From an uncultured delta proteobacterium (GTDB lineage Bacteria > Desulfobacterota > Syntrophobacteria > BM002): a stretch of DNA of 64,000 bases. The notes under the pieces are model-generated. The model ran no database searches, was not told the DNA's origin, and was given only the letters and a program-made list of their open reading frames with translations. Position numbers and translations under genes: made by a program. This document shows positions 1 through 10,557 of the stretch, piece by piece. Each line of letters opens with the position of its first letter. Position 1 is the first letter of the stretch. The stretch covers positions 121,299 to 185,298 of the forward strand of contig CAVQGX010000042.1 of the NCBI GenBank assembly GCA_963712115.1, read 5' to 3'.

Positions 1-1
1 C

Positions 2-106
2 AATCGGGCCGGTGACCGAAACAAAAAGAGATGGCAGCTGAGCAAGGCTTTGAATAATTGTCAGCAAGCCCTTCTCTATTTGCTCGAAAATTGGGACAAG
101 GTGTGA
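2..106 (+). CDS. mqnB: 3' end of probable futalosine hydrolase (partial)
   Basis: Frame 2 reads NRAGDRNKKRWQLSKALNNCQQALLYLLENWDKV*, resembling the MqnB C-terminus (SNxxGxR...W); directly upstream of mqnD. Confidence 0.6.
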   Translation, partial: NRAGDRNKKRWQLSKALNNCQQALLYLLENWDKV

Positions 107-167
107 GTAGCTCTTCCACCTTTGTGCTATCATTAAAGCTTAGTTCAATAATAATACGGTTGCGGCT

Positions 168-236
168 TTAGCGGAGTGACACGGAGAGGCAAGCATTTTT
201 CTCCGCGTCTCCGTTTCTCCGGTTCGCCCAGTCGAC
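168..236. repeat. Short inverted repeat array (CGGAG / CTCCG units)
   Basis: gcggagtgacacggagag ... ctccgcgtctccgtttctccgg form complementary arms. Confidence 0.55.
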
Positions 237-296
237 CTGCACAGGCTAGCGCCGTTCTAGACAGATTTTTTTGCCTGCAATCAAGGTATCGTACGC

Positions 297-1133
297 ATGA
301 GAACTTTGACTCTTGGTTTCTCCCCTTGCCCCAACGACACCTTTATTTTTGGAGCACTCGCCACCGGCAAGCTTGAGGTTCCCGGCTTCCGGCTGGAGAT
401 AATCCACGAAGATGTGGAAGCCCTGAATAAACTTGCCAGGGAAGCCCTTCTGGACTTTACCAAAATATCTTTTCACGCCTTCGCACTGGTGGTAAAGCGC
501 TACGCTCTCCTTCGCTCCGGTGCTGCCCTGGGTAGGGGCTGCGGCCCCCTGGTGGTAGCAAGGGAACCAAGGGATATGGACAGTCTGCGCGGGGAAGCCA
601 TAGCTATTCCTGGAGAGCTAACTACAGCAAATCTCCTTCTCCAGCTTTACGGAGAAGGTTTTGCCCATGTACACCCAACGTCCTACGAAACCATCATGCC
701 ACGGTTACAGCGCGGCGAGTTTGCTGCTGGTGTGGTCATCCATGAAGGGAGATTTACTTATCACAACCACGGATTACACCAGGTGCTGGATTTGGGCGGC
801 TGGTGGGAAGAAACCCAAGATCTTCCTATTGCACTGGGAGGAATTCTTGTTCGCCGCGACCTTGGTTATGATGTTGCCGAGGTAATAGAGGATGCTATTC
901 GCCACAGCTTGAACTTCGCTCGCCAAAACTCAGAAGAAATCTGGCCCTATATCAAGACGCACGCCCAGGAGATGGACGACGAGGTAATAAGGCAGCATAT
1001 AGATCTTTACGTCAATGAGTACTCCCTTGATTTGGGGGAGGAGGGTAGGCTCGCCATCAAGACACTGCTAGAGCTGGCCCATAAACGTGGCCTCCTGCCC
1101 CCTGTGACTGCTGGTCTTTTTCTGACGGACTAG
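297..1133 (+). CDS. mqnD: 1,4-dihydroxy-6-naphthoate synthase (menaquinone futalosine pathway)
   Basis: N-terminal GFSPCPNDTFIF, LGRGCGPLVV, VIHEGRFTY, HIDLYVN motifs. Confidence 0.93.
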   Translation: MRTLTLGFSPCPNDTFIFGALATGKLEVPGFRLEIIHEDVEALNKLAREALLDFTKISFHAFALVVKRYALLRSGAALGRGCGPLVVAREPRDMDSLRGEAIAIPGELTTANLLLQLYGEGFAHVHPTSYETIMPRLQRGEFAAGVVIHEGRFTYHNHGLHQVLDLGGWWEETQDLPIALGGILVRRDLGYDVAEVIEDAIRHSLNFARQNSEEIWPYIKTHAQEMDDEVIRQHIDLYVNEYSLDLGEEGRLAIKTLLELAHKRGLLPPVTAGLFLTD

Positions 1134-1151
1134 CTGAACGGAAGAACAACA

Positions 1152-2306
1152 ATGCGCACAGAGAACAACAAATTGACCGTCACCTATTTTCCCTACACCT
1201 TAATGCATAAGAATGACCTGAAAAGGTTAATCCCTTATTTCGATAACATTCGGTTACTTCAAGTTTTCCCTGATTCTGATCCTGGGCTGCCAGATCTGGT
1301 CCAGACCTCCCAGCTGGTACAACTCTACGCCCCCATATCCAACCCGGCCCTATTAGAAACCGTTAGCAGAGCACGCAAAACATATGATCAACTGGGAAGA
1401 GTTCACCAGGATGGCCTGGCTCATTTGCTTCAAACCTTTGCCTTACAGGAGGATTTCGAGGGCTCTCGCACTGGTCTAGTGGCGAGAATTAGGCAGGCTC
1501 ACCCTCGGTTGAGTGAAGACGAGCTGGAATTTGTTAACGATGCTGTCTTCATCCTTCTCGCTCATCAATTCGATCAGGAGCATCTCGAATTGGATCTACA
1601 GCTGGAGCGAATCCGTGGACTGGAGGCCAAGTTTCAGGAAGAGGTGGGTATTGGTACCGACGAAGAAAGCGAGATCACGGCGGCGACATCGGTATTATTG
1701 CAAGAGTCGGATCCACCTCGAGCTCAATATCCTTTCCAACGTCTGAGGGGTTGGACCCATCTTTATTGTTTACAGAAGCATATGTCATCTTTTCCTGCCC
1801 TCACTACCAGCCCAGAGGTCTTGTCGGAGATTGTTGAACGGTTGCCATCCCAGTTTGCCGCTCTCTCGGGAGAATTGCCGGCAATGGAAATGGAACAGCA
1901 TCTCCTGTCCATTCTTCCAGATCCCCAGTCGCTTTCTCTGGAAGAGGTCCTGGAATTCAGACGGTTGCTGAGCCGCGAGTCAACTGTGGATAATTGGCGA
2001 AAGTCCCTTACTGCCGTTTTTGAACAACTAGAGCGAGAGCCACTCCAAGAGGTAATGTGGCAAGAAATAAACCATCATCTGCAAGAACAGGCCCATGGGT
2101 TTCGCCAGCTCTGGCCAGCCTCTGAAAAGCCCAGCCGCTACCTGAAGCTCGAGTGCCTGTGCTATCCCAGGATGCAGCCAGAGGTGGCTTTTGCCTTAGC
2201 ATCTGGCCTAAAACTGCCGGCTGCAAAAATGTACGCCCCCGCGGACACCAATGGAATTACGCTTTTAATCTACCCGTCAGAAATTCAACCAGGTGACAGA
2301 CAGTAA
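1152..2306 (+). CDS. Hypothetical protein
   Basis: 384-aa ORF 18 bp after mqnD, protein-like composition, no recognised motif. Confidence 0.75.
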   Translation: MRTENNKLTVTYFPYTLMHKNDLKRLIPYFDNIRLLQVFPDSDPGLPDLVQTSQLVQLYAPISNPALLETVSRARKTYDQLGRVHQDGLAHLLQTFALQEDFEGSRTGLVARIRQAHPRLSEDELEFVNDAVFILLAHQFDQEHLELDLQLERIRGLEAKFQEEVGIGTDEESEITAATSVLLQESDPPRAQYPFQRLRGWTHLYCLQKHMSSFPALTTSPEVLSEIVERLPSQFAALSGELPAMEMEQHLLSILPDPQSLSLEEVLEFRRLLSRESTVDNWRKSLTAVFEQLEREPLQEVMWQEINHHLQEQAHGFRQLWPASEKPSRYLKLECLCYPRMQPEVAFALASGLKLPAAKMYAPADTNGITLLIYPSEIQPGDRQ

Positions 2307-2378
2307 CTCCCAGCCCTCAATGTCTATGCGGAGTTAAATGCATAGGCGTATTGCTCAAATCTAAAATATCCGGGCTAA

Positions 2379-3740
2379 CTAGATGGCAAAGGGGGAGGTA
2401 CTAGAGGAGGGATTTTCGAGCTGTTGCCCCAAAAACTCTACTTGGTTACGCACACCGCTTTTTTGTTGAATCTGCCGTGAGATGTTATCCACAGCATGGA
2501 TGACCGTGGCGTGGGAACGATTGAAGGCCCGACCGATGGACTCCAGAGTTTCATCAGTGTACTTGCGGCAAAAGTACATTCCCAAATTACGTGGATATAC
2601 GACGCCTTTTTTGCGGGAATTTGACTTCAGTGCTTCAACCGAGACCTTGAAGTACTGACAGATAACTTGTTGTACTCGTTCTATGCTTACTGCCTCGCGG
2701 CTGTCACAGACCGATTCCAGAACCTCGTGGGCGAGTCTTAGATCAATAGGCTTCTCCAAAAGTGAGGACTTGGCTACGATACCAATTATAGAGCTTTCCA
2801 GCTGTCGTATATCTCGGGTGATGTGGGTGGCCAACAACTCTGCCACCTCCGAGGGAAGTCGGATTCCCTCGTTGTCTGCTTTCTTCTCGAGAATCTTTAG
2901 CCTTGTTTGAAAATCGGGCGGTTCGATGTGGGTAACCATTCCCGCGGTCAACCGTGATTGCAGCTTGCTCTTGAGTTTGGGAATATCCCTTGGGAAATGG
3001 GTCCCGGTGAATATGACTCGCTTATCATCCCTACTCAGAGCATCAAGTGTATAAGACAGTTCAGCCTGCGTTTTCTCTTTGCCACTGAGAAATTGCACTT
3101 CCTCCAAAAGAAGTACATCGCAACCGCTGCGGAATTTTTCCTTGAATCCTTCCATGCGCCGTTGCTTAATAGCGACGACCATCTCATTGGTGAATTCCTC
3201 AGCAGTGAGATAGAGAACACGGGTGTTTCTATTGTGGGATAGGATATGGTTGCCAATAGCATGGGAGAGGTGGCTTTTCCCCAGCCCGGTATCGGCCAAT
3301 AGATAAAGAGAACTGCTGAGGCCGCGGTCGCCGCTGGCAATAGCAAAGGAAGCTTGAAAGGCAAAGCTGTTACCCGAGCCCACCACGAATTGGTCAAAAG
3401 TGAATCTGCGATTTAAGCGGTAAAGATTTCCGTTTTCTTGCGGGGGCAATGGAAGCGGCAATTGGCTGGAATCATCATCGCCTGTTGGGAGTCTTCGAGG
3501 GGTGGCTGCCAAGCGCAAATGGATTTCTTCGGAGGTGCCGCTGTGTCTTTCCCAACTGCTTTTAATTTCAGCTAGATAATTTTCCCGGACCCAGTTGAGA
3601 AAAAAACGGTTGGGGCAAGCCAGGGACACTTTACCTTCATCAGAAACAACCAAATCCAGGGGATCAATCCACATTTTATAACAGTTGCTAGAGATGCGAC
3701 CTTGCAGGTCATCCTTGGTCCGCCTCCAGATATCTTCCAT
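2379..3740 (-). CDS. dnaA: Chromosomal replication initiator DnaA homologue
   Basis: FTFDQFVVGSGN, Walker A-like TGLGKSHL, domain IV IGRAFNRSHATVIHAV; start placed at MEDIW (ATG 3740, GAGGG upstream). Confidence 0.9.
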   Translation of the reverse strand: MEDIWRRTKDDLQGRISSNCYKMWIDPLDLVVSDEGKVSLACPNRFFLNWVRENYLAEIKSSWERHSGTSEEIHLRLAATPRRLPTGDDDSSQLPLPLPPQENGNLYRLNRRFTFDQFVVGSGNSFAFQASFAIASGDRGLSSSLYLLADTGLGKSHLSHAIGNHILSHNRNTRVLYLTAEEFTNEMVVAIKQRRMEGFKEKFRSGCDVLLLEEVQFLSGKEKTQAELSYTLDALSRDDKRVIFTGTHFPRDIPKLKSKLQSRLTAGMVTHIEPPDFQTRLKILEKKADNEGIRLPSEVAELLATHITRDIRQLESSIIGIVAKSSLLEKPIDLRLAHEVLESVCDSREAVSIERVQQVICQYFKVSVEALKSNSRKKGVVYPRNLGMYFCRKYTDETLESIGRAFNRSHATVIHAVDNISRQIQQKSGVRNQVEFLGQQLENPSSSTSPFAI

Positions 3741-4557
3741 AAAACACCCTCTACAGATATGCCAAATCCCTCTGCATTCTAGCCCCATCTATTCGTGCAC
3801 AAGGAATTAGACTTCACTAATGAGGACAAAACACGGAAACAAAAATTTTCTTGCGTTCAGACCGCAATGAAAGCCCGGATAGTTGTGATAACTCTTTTTC
3901 TCGCTTAGGTTCCGCTTGGTTGGTTTACTCTGGAACGGAACACCAGAGAGATGCTAAGACCTTAATTCAAATTCGTCTCCAAAGTTTTTGACTTGTCGAC
4001 TTTTACTTGGGAGCAAAGCGGTAGTCAAATGGACGATGCTTTTTCCTGGCTAAAGCGCGGAGACGTTTCGTCACATGGGTTAGCTTTGTAATCTATCCGA
4101 ATTCTGATGTCAAACTCTGTATAGCCGCATTTTACTCTAATCATCCCTAAATTGTTAACAATTAAATTTCATCCAGATTTCCGGACCTTGTTAAAGTATA
4201 TTCAGATAAGGGTGCGGCAACAGTCATTTTTCCTATCTTTCGAGAAATCTATCTGATATTCAAGGGCTTACGTAGGCATTTTTTCTTATTTTTTCTTTAT
4301 CAACATTCATGATCTTCTGATTTCGCCGATTTCCTCCTTTTTTTTACCATCAATTTTTTTCATCACAACCATCAACTTGGGCGTTGAATTCAAAATCAGA
4401 TTTTGCCAATATACTTAATACATTTCCTTCCACCATTGACATTGACGAGATATCAACACCATTGTCGACTGGCCCGCTAGGCCTTGTCTTAGTAATGCTT
4501 TGCTACTAACAACCGTCTCATAACTGCAGGCCTACCTGCAAGAATAGGAGAGCCTCC

Positions 4558-5490
4558 ATGGAAAAACTCACTGTGGCATTGCTCAGTGGCGGGCGCTCAG
4601 CCGAGCGCGAGGTATCACTAAAAAGTGGAGAACAAGTTTACCAAGCCCTGAATAAGGTCAAATACAACATCCGCCGCTACGACCCCAGGGATGACTTAGC
4701 TCATCTCATAACCGAAGCTGGAGAGATCGACGTGGCCCTGATAATTCTCCACGGACGTTACGGCGAAGACGGAACAATCCAAGGACTCCTAGAGCTACTG
4801 GATATTCCCTATCACGGCAGTGGTGTCCTCGGTAGCGCTCTTGGCATAAACAAAATCCTTTCCAAACGGCTTTATGAACACGCCGGCCTTCCGGTTTCTC
4901 CCTACCTTATCCTTGATCGTGCCGACCCAGATGGTCGGGCCAAAGTTCAGGAAGTGTTAGGTTTTCCGGTGGTGGTCAAACCCGAGCATGAAGGCTCCAG
5001 TATAGGCCTTAGTATAGTGGCTGAAGCTGGCAAACTCAAGCCTGCACTGGAACTGGCCGGTGAGTATGACCGGTTCGTCCTGGTGGAGAAATACCTGGAG
5101 GGTACCGAGATAACCGGTGCGGTTCTCGGCAATCTTAATCCCGAGCCTCTCCCCTTGGTGGAGATTATTCCTGGTGATCAGTATGAGTTTTTTGACTACG
5201 AGGCCAAATACAAACCAGGGGCCACTGAAGAGATCTGTCCGGCCCGGCTTAGTGAAAAACTCACCAAAAAAGCACAGGACTATGCGGTACGAGCCCACCA
5301 GGCGTTGAAATGCAGGGGCTACAGCCGTACAGATATGATTGTCAGCAAGGATGAAATCTATATTCTAGAAACCAATACCATACCCGGCATGACCGCCACC
5401 AGTCTTTATCCCCAGGCGGCAGCCGCTGCAGGTATTAGTTTTTCAGAACTCCTGGACCGACTAATCGAACTGGCCCTTGAGAAAGATTAA
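4558..5490 (+). CDS. ddl: D-alanine--D-alanine ligase
   Basis: GGRSAEREVSL, LHGRYGEDGTIQG, EGSSIG, FFDYEAKY, LETNTIPGMT; AGGAG RBS. Confidence 0.95.
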   Translation: MEKLTVALLSGGRSAEREVSLKSGEQVYQALNKVKYNIRRYDPRDDLAHLITEAGEIDVALIILHGRYGEDGTIQGLLELLDIPYHGSGVLGSALGINKILSKRLYEHAGLPVSPYLILDRADPDGRAKVQEVLGFPVVVKPEHEGSSIGLSIVAEAGKLKPALELAGEYDRFVLVEKYLEGTEITGAVLGNLNPEPLPLVEIIPGDQYEFFDYEAKYKPGATEEICPARLSEKLTKKAQDYAVRAHQALKCRGYSRTDMIVSKDEIYILETNTIPGMTATSLYPQAAAAAGISFSELLDRLIELALEKD

Positions 5491-5529
5491 ATCGAATTCG
5501 GAGTTCAATGCGGAACGGGAAACTCTATT

Positions 5530-5688
5530 AAATTCTAAATCCCAAATCCTAAGCACCAAACAAATTCAAATTCTCCAAATCCAAATGATCCAAACTCAGG
5601 ATGAGTCTATTTGTGCAGTTCCGTTTTGAACATTGGAGAATTGGGATTTTGAATTTGTTTAGGATTTAGATATTGTGATTTAGGATTT
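5530..5688. repeat. ~160-bp imperfect hairpin built from AAATC(C/T)-type units, copy 1
   Basis: Left arm ...aaacaaattcaaattctccaaatccaaatg pairs with right arm cattggagaattgggattttgaatttgttt; related copy at 8076-8235. Confidence 0.85.
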
Positions 5689-5735
5689 CTGCCTCAGTTT
5701 ATCGAGCATCCAGCATCAAATATCCAGTATCGGTT

Positions 5736-6746
5736 TCAACAAATTCGCGGTAGTTGCTCTCCACTAAGCATATCCACAATTCGACGGCCACCGATACCCG
5801 TGTGCAAAACTACCCTCCCTGGATGCTGGGAAACAACCCTCCCTATGATACAGCTATCCCTCCCTAACGGATGCTGTCGCATTTTATGCAAGACCTGGTC
5901 TGCATCCTCTGGTGCCACCACGACAAGCACCTTTCCCTCATTGGCTACGTAGAGAGGATCAAGCCCCAGCATTTCACAGGCTGCGTTCACCTCGGGCCTT
6001 ACCGGCAGACTTGATTCTTCCAACTCTATCCCAACCGCCGACTGGTTTGCCACCTCATTGAGGGCGGTAGCGACCCCACCCCTGGTAGGATCTCGAAGCA
6101 CGTGAATATTTCGGCTCACCTCTAGCATATCACTCACCAGCCCGTTGAGAGGGGCTGAATCGCTTTGTATCTCTGTTTGGAAAGAAAGCCCTTCCCTAGT
6201 TGACAGTACCGCAATGCCATGATCTCCCACTGGCCCATTTACCAAGATAAAATCTCCTGGCTTCGCGTTCTGACCGGCGATATCCACTCCGGGTGCAATT
6301 ATACCCACCCCGGCGGTATTGATGAAGATTCGATCCGCTTTCCCTCGCTCCACCACCTTGGTGTCGGCTGCCACCACCTGTACGCCAGCCTCCCTGGCTG
6401 CTTCGGCCATGGAGTTTAAGAGTTTTTCCAAATCGGTTATTTCCAAGCCCTCCTCCAGAATGAAACCGACACTGAGATAACAGGGCTGGGCACCGCGCAT
6501 TGCTAAATCGTTTACTGTGCCATGCACCGCGAGACTGCCTATATCTCCTCCCGGGAAAAAGATCGGATCCACCACATACGAGTCAGTGCTCATGGCCAAG
6601 CGCATATCTTGGAAATTTAGGAGGGCGCTGTCGTTAAGTTCTTTGAGAATGGGATTAGCTAAGGCGGGCATGAAGGTTTTGGCCACGAGATCATGCGAAG
6701 CTCTACCCCCTGCACCGTGGTCCATCTGGATTCTCTTGGTCTTCAT
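5736..6746 (-). CDS. hypE: Hydrogenase maturation protein HypE
   Basis: HGAGG, FFPGGDIGSLAVHGTVNDLAM, RDPTRGG, C-terminal LPRIC. Confidence 0.96.
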   Translation of the reverse strand: MKTKRIQMDHGAGGRASHDLVAKTFMPALANPILKELNDSALLNFQDMRLAMSTDSYVVDPIFFPGGDIGSLAVHGTVNDLAMRGAQPCYLSVGFILEEGLEITDLEKLLNSMAEAAREAGVQVVAADTKVVERGKADRIFINTAGVGIIAPGVDIAGQNAKPGDFILVNGPVGDHGIAVLSTREGLSFQTEIQSDSAPLNGLVSDMLEVSRNIHVLRDPTRGGVATALNEVANQSAVGIELEESSLPVRPEVNAACEMLGLDPLYVANEGKVLVVVAPEDADQVLHKMRQHPLGRDSCIIGRVVSQHPGRVVLHTGIGGRRIVDMLSGEQLPRIC

Positions 6747-6771
6747 GGGGCCTTTCCTTAGAGTGCTGAAA

Positions 6772-6919
6772 GTCAGCTAAAATGAACTAAAGCGAGCTCA
6801 AGTGTCTAAAATGTCTAAAGTGCCTAAATTTAGGAATTCAAAAAATGAAGATCTACTAGATGACTGACTAAAATCCTCATCTTAATTCCTCAATTCCTTA
6901 ATTCTGCAATCTAAAATCC
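6772..6919. repeat. Intergenic repeat mosaic (9-mer TG(T/C)CTAAA array, AATTCCT and AATCT units)
   Basis: aagtgtctaaaatgtctaaagtgcctaaa; aattcctcaattcctta; aatctaaaatc. Confidence 0.8.
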
Positions 6920-8005
6920 TCAATCCTGGTGATATTTATAGTATGCGGCACAAGTCCCTTCGCTGGAGACCATGCAGGGGCCATATGGATTTGCCGGATT
7001 ACAGCGCTCCCGAAAGAGTGCACATTCTGGTGGGGTGCACACCCCTCGAAGTACTTCGCCACAGCGGCACCCTGGCATCTCCTGCCCAGGGGGGACCCTG
7101 AGGTCATAATGGCTCTCGGCTGCATGGGCAAGATATTTATCCCTCAGTTTCAGGCCGCTCCCAGGGATGGAACCCAGTCCTCGCCATGTGGCATTAGCCG
7201 GCTCAAAAACTTCCTCTATGATTTGTCTAGCTTTGGGGTTTCCTTCCGGTCTAACGCCACGAGTGTATTGGATTTCTACTTCGCAACGGGCCTCTTCCAT
7301 CTGGCTCACCAGCATTTGAATGGACTGTAGGACGTCCACCGGCTCAAAACCACTGATCACGCAGGATTTACCGTACCTATCCACCACGGTTTGGTAGGGG
7401 TTGGTGCCAATGATGGTGGTCACATGCCCCGGACACAGGAAGCCGTCTATGTGCACCTCTTCGGCAGACAAAAGCCCGTCCATTGCTGGAGGCAGCAACT
7501 TGTGCGCCGAGAATACCAGGAAGTTGTCAAGCCCCTCCTTGTGCGCCTGGTGGACCGCAGCTGCAATGGTCGGTATGGTGGTCTCGAACCCGATGCCAAG
7601 CATGACTACGGGTCGATCCCGATGTTGCCGAGCCAACTCCAGTCCATCGAAACTAGCATACACCATGCGCACATCAGCTCCTCGGGCTTTCTCTCGTTGT
7701 AACGAGGAGTCCGAGCCAGGTACCCGCATGAGATCTCCAAAGGTGGCCACCATTACATTAGGCTGCCGACAAAGCAAAATTGCTCTATCAATATCCTCGG
7801 CCGCAGTTACACAGACCGGACAGCCAGGGCCGGAAATCAGAGTGATAGTTTCGGGAAGGAGCTCTTTCAGGCCGGAGCGGAAAATAGCCACAGTGTGCGT
7901 GCCGCAAACTTCCATAAACCGCACCCGCCTGCGGGATTTCTGCTTAATGGCCAGCACTATCTTCTCTGCCAGTTCCGGATCTCTGTATTCATCTTGGTAT
8001 TTCAT
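6920..8005 (-). CDS. hypD: Hydrogenase maturation protein HypD
   Basis: MEVCGTHT, GPGCPVCVT, GFETT, PGHV, GPCMVSSEGTCAAYY. Confidence 0.96.
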   Translation of the reverse strand: MKYQDEYRDPELAEKIVLAIKQKSRRRVRFMEVCGTHTVAIFRSGLKELLPETITLISGPGCPVCVTAAEDIDRAILLCRQPNVMVATFGDLMRVPGSDSSLQREKARGADVRMVYASFDGLELARQHRDRPVVMLGIGFETTIPTIAAAVHQAHKEGLDNFLVFSAHKLLPPAMDGLLSAEEVHIDGFLCPGHVTTIIGTNPYQTVVDRYGKSCVISGFEPVDVLQSIQMLVSQMEEARCEVEIQYTRGVRPEGNPKARQIIEEVFEPANATWRGLGSIPGSGLKLRDKYLAHAAESHYDLRVPPGQEMPGCRCGEVLRGVCTPPECALFRERCNPANPYGPCMVSSEGTCAAYYKYHQD

Positions 8006-8075
8006 GGTCTATGCTCTCCCCCAGCTCGAAAGGAATTATGCCTTTCCAACGGTAAGACGCAATACCATTGTAGGT

Positions 8076-8235
8076 AAACCCGAATATCTAATATCGAAAT
8101 ACTAAACAAATTCAAATTCTCCAAATCCCAATGACCAAAAGTAAAAAAGAGTCTGCTTGTAGAATTCCGTTTTGAACATTGGAAAATTAGGATTTCGAAT
8201 TTGTTTCGTGCTTCGGATTTCGAATTTCGGATTTA
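8076..8235. repeat. ~160-bp imperfect hairpin, copy 2
   Basis: Shares aaacaaattcaaattctccaaatc and ttccgttttgaacattgg with 5530-5688, same orientation. Confidence 0.85.
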
Positions 8236-8286
8236 CAGCATTGGCCAACTGATTATAAGGTGACTAACCGTCTATTACGAGGGTTA

Positions 8287-10557
8287 CTATTCTTCTAGAC
8301 GCATCGCTCCAATCACCGCTTGTCCCAAAGATATACAAGCATCGTTGGCCGGAATAAGCTCGGGCGTATAAACCTCCAAGCCCGACCTCGCCAGCCTCTC
8401 CTCCAGGTTCTCTAGCAGAAAGACATTCTGGAACACCCCCCCAGAACAGACAACCCTGTTGAGCCCATGAAGCTTGCAGAGATTCAGAGACACTTCGGCA
8501 AACATCTCAACCAGGGTCTGATGAAACTTGCCGCTGATAAATGGTAGCTCCACTCCTGAGACTGCGTCTTCATACACCTGTCTAAAGATTGCCGTTGGAC
8601 TCAAGAGTAGTTTTTCCCCCACCTCCCTGAATTCATGCTGGTATCTTTCTGTGGTCGGCTCCATCCACTGCTCTAATTCGATGGCCGCCTGTCCCTCGTA
8701 AGCAATGCGGTCCCTCATCCCTGCAAGGGCAGCTACACCATCAAAAAGCCTTCCGCAACTTGAGGTGAGGGGGCTGTTCAACCCTCTTTGCATCATTTGC
8801 AGTAGGACCTCTATCTGGCCCCGGTCCCACCTTCTAGTCAAGGGGAGTTCTTCCTGGAAAATTTCTTCGCCAAAAGTGGCCCATAAATAAGCCACCGCCA
8901 TTCGCCAAGGCTCCTTTATGGCTTTCGCACCGCCGGGCATAGGCACATATTCGAAATGGGCCACTCTTTCATAAAGCTTCTCATCCGCAACCAGAATTTC
9001 TCCTCCCCAGACGGTGCCATCCTCCCCATAACCGGTTCCATCGAGGGCTAGCCCCAGGACTTTGCCTTTCAGCCCATGCTCCGCCATGCAACTAACCACG
9101 TGGGCGTGATGGTGCTGAACTGCCAGGGTGGGGAGTTCGTCCTGGGCCTCGGCCACTTGGGTTGTTAGATAATCCGGGTGGAGATCGTGAATAAGCAGAC
9201 TAGGACTCACCTGAAGTATTCTCTGCAGGTGATCTAATGTCTGCTCGAGAAACTCCAGAGTCTCTAAATTTTCAAGGTCACCAATGTGCTGTCCTACAAA
9301 AGCCCTGTTTTCTTTGGTTAGGCAGATGGTTGCTTTCAATTCTCCTCCCAAAGCCAGGACTTCAGGAACAGATTTTCTCAGGAAAATGGGCACCGGCACG
9401 TACCCTCTCGATCGCCGTATTTGTCTGGGTCGGCCCCTTGCTATTCTCAACACCGAGTCATCGCTGCGCAAAATGATATCTCTGTCGTGCAAAAGAAAAT
9501 AGTCTGCAATATTTCCCAACCGCTTTACCGCCTCGAGATTATCAATAGCTATTGGCTCCTCGCTGAGATTGCCGCTGGTCATGACCAGAGCTACAAAGGG
9601 ATGAGAAAGAAGCAGGTGGTGAAGAGGTGTGTATGGTAGCATTACCCCCAGGTAGCGATTTCTTGGAGCCACTTCTGAGGCAATGATATTACCAGCTCGC
9701 TTTGGAACTATAACGATAGGGCGTTTTGCAGAAGTGAGGAGCTGCCGCTCATCTTCTCCTATGAAAGCATAAGTTTCGATCTGCTCCAAGCTGGATGACA
9801 TTAGGGCCAGAGGCTTCTCTTCCCTACCCTTTCTCCAGCGGAGCCTTTCTACCGGTTCTTTCTGGGTAGCATCAACAGCCAAGTGAAACCCGCCTAACCC
9901 CTTCACTGCAAGAATAGCACCCTGGCTGAGCAGGTTAGCTGCCTCGGATATGGGCTCTTTTATGGACAGGTCTTTTCCCTCCCTGCCAGCCAGCCACACC
10001 TGAGGACCACAGGACCAACAAGCGTTGGGCTGAGCATGGAAACGTCGGTCCATGGGATCACAATATTCGCGGGAACAGTCATTACACATGGTAAAACCAG
10101 CCATGGAGGTCTTGGATCTATCGTAAGGTATGTCGTTAATTATGGTATACCGTGGCCCGCAATTGGTGCAGTTGATAAAAGGGTAAAGGTATCGCCTGTC
10201 TTGCCGGTCGAAGAGTTCTCTGAGGCAATCGCTGCAGGTTGCTGTGTCTGGGGATATGAGGGCTGCTCGCTCTTCGCCCTCTTCGCTGGCTTTGATTTCG
10301 AAATTGTAATAATTAGCGGCAGGCAGTTCCTCAGTGTCTATCTGCGTAATAGTTGCCAGGGGTGGGGCCGTTTTAGGAAGTTCTTGAAGAAAGTGTTGGA
10401 GGGCCTCTTGGCCCCCTTCTATCTCTATTTCAACACCCTTTGGCGTGTTGGCTACATAGCCGTTTAACCGGTGTTGGTGAGCCAACTGATAAACGAAGGG
10501 ACGGAAACCTACACCCTGGACAATTCCTTGGATGTGAACTCTAAGTCTTAGTGCCAT
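8287..10557 (-). CDS. hypF: Carbamoyltransferase HypF
   Basis: GIVQGVGFRPFV, zinc fingers CTNCGPRY and RFHAQPNAC, KGLGGFHL, HDLHPDY, QHHHAH, DGTGYG. Confidence 0.96.
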   Translation of the reverse strand: MALRLRVHIQGIVQGVGFRPFVYQLAHQHRLNGYVANTPKGVEIEIEGGQEALQHFLQELPKTAPPLATITQIDTEELPAANYYNFEIKASEEGEERAALISPDTATCSDCLRELFDRQDRRYLYPFINCTNCGPRYTIINDIPYDRSKTSMAGFTMCNDCSREYCDPMDRRFHAQPNACWSCGPQVWLAGREGKDLSIKEPISEAANLLSQGAILAVKGLGGFHLAVDATQKEPVERLRWRKGREEKPLALMSSSLEQIETYAFIGEDERQLLTSAKRPIVIVPKRAGNIIASEVAPRNRYLGVMLPYTPLHHLLLSHPFVALVMTSGNLSEEPIAIDNLEAVKRLGNIADYFLLHDRDIILRSDDSVLRIARGRPRQIRRSRGYVPVPIFLRKSVPEVLALGGELKATICLTKENRAFVGQHIGDLENLETLEFLEQTLDHLQRILQVSPSLLIHDLHPDYLTTQVAEAQDELPTLAVQHHHAHVVSCMAEHGLKGKVLGLALDGTGYGEDGTVWGGEILVADEKLYERVAHFEYVPMPGGAKAIKEPWRMAVAYLWATFGEEIFQEELPLTRRWDRGQIEVLLQMMQRGLNSPLTSSCGRLFDGVAALAGMRDRIAYEGQAAIELEQWMEPTTERYQHEFREVGEKLLLSPTAIFRQVYEDAVSGVELPFISGKFHQTLVEMFAEVSLNLCKLHGLNRVVCSGGVFQNVFLLENLEERLARSGLEVYTPELIPANDACISLGQAVIGAMRLEE

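Noticed and set aside
7401-8105. Long antisense ORFs over hyp, nuo, suc and other genes
   Set aside because: Shadow frames of well-supported genes, with no motifs
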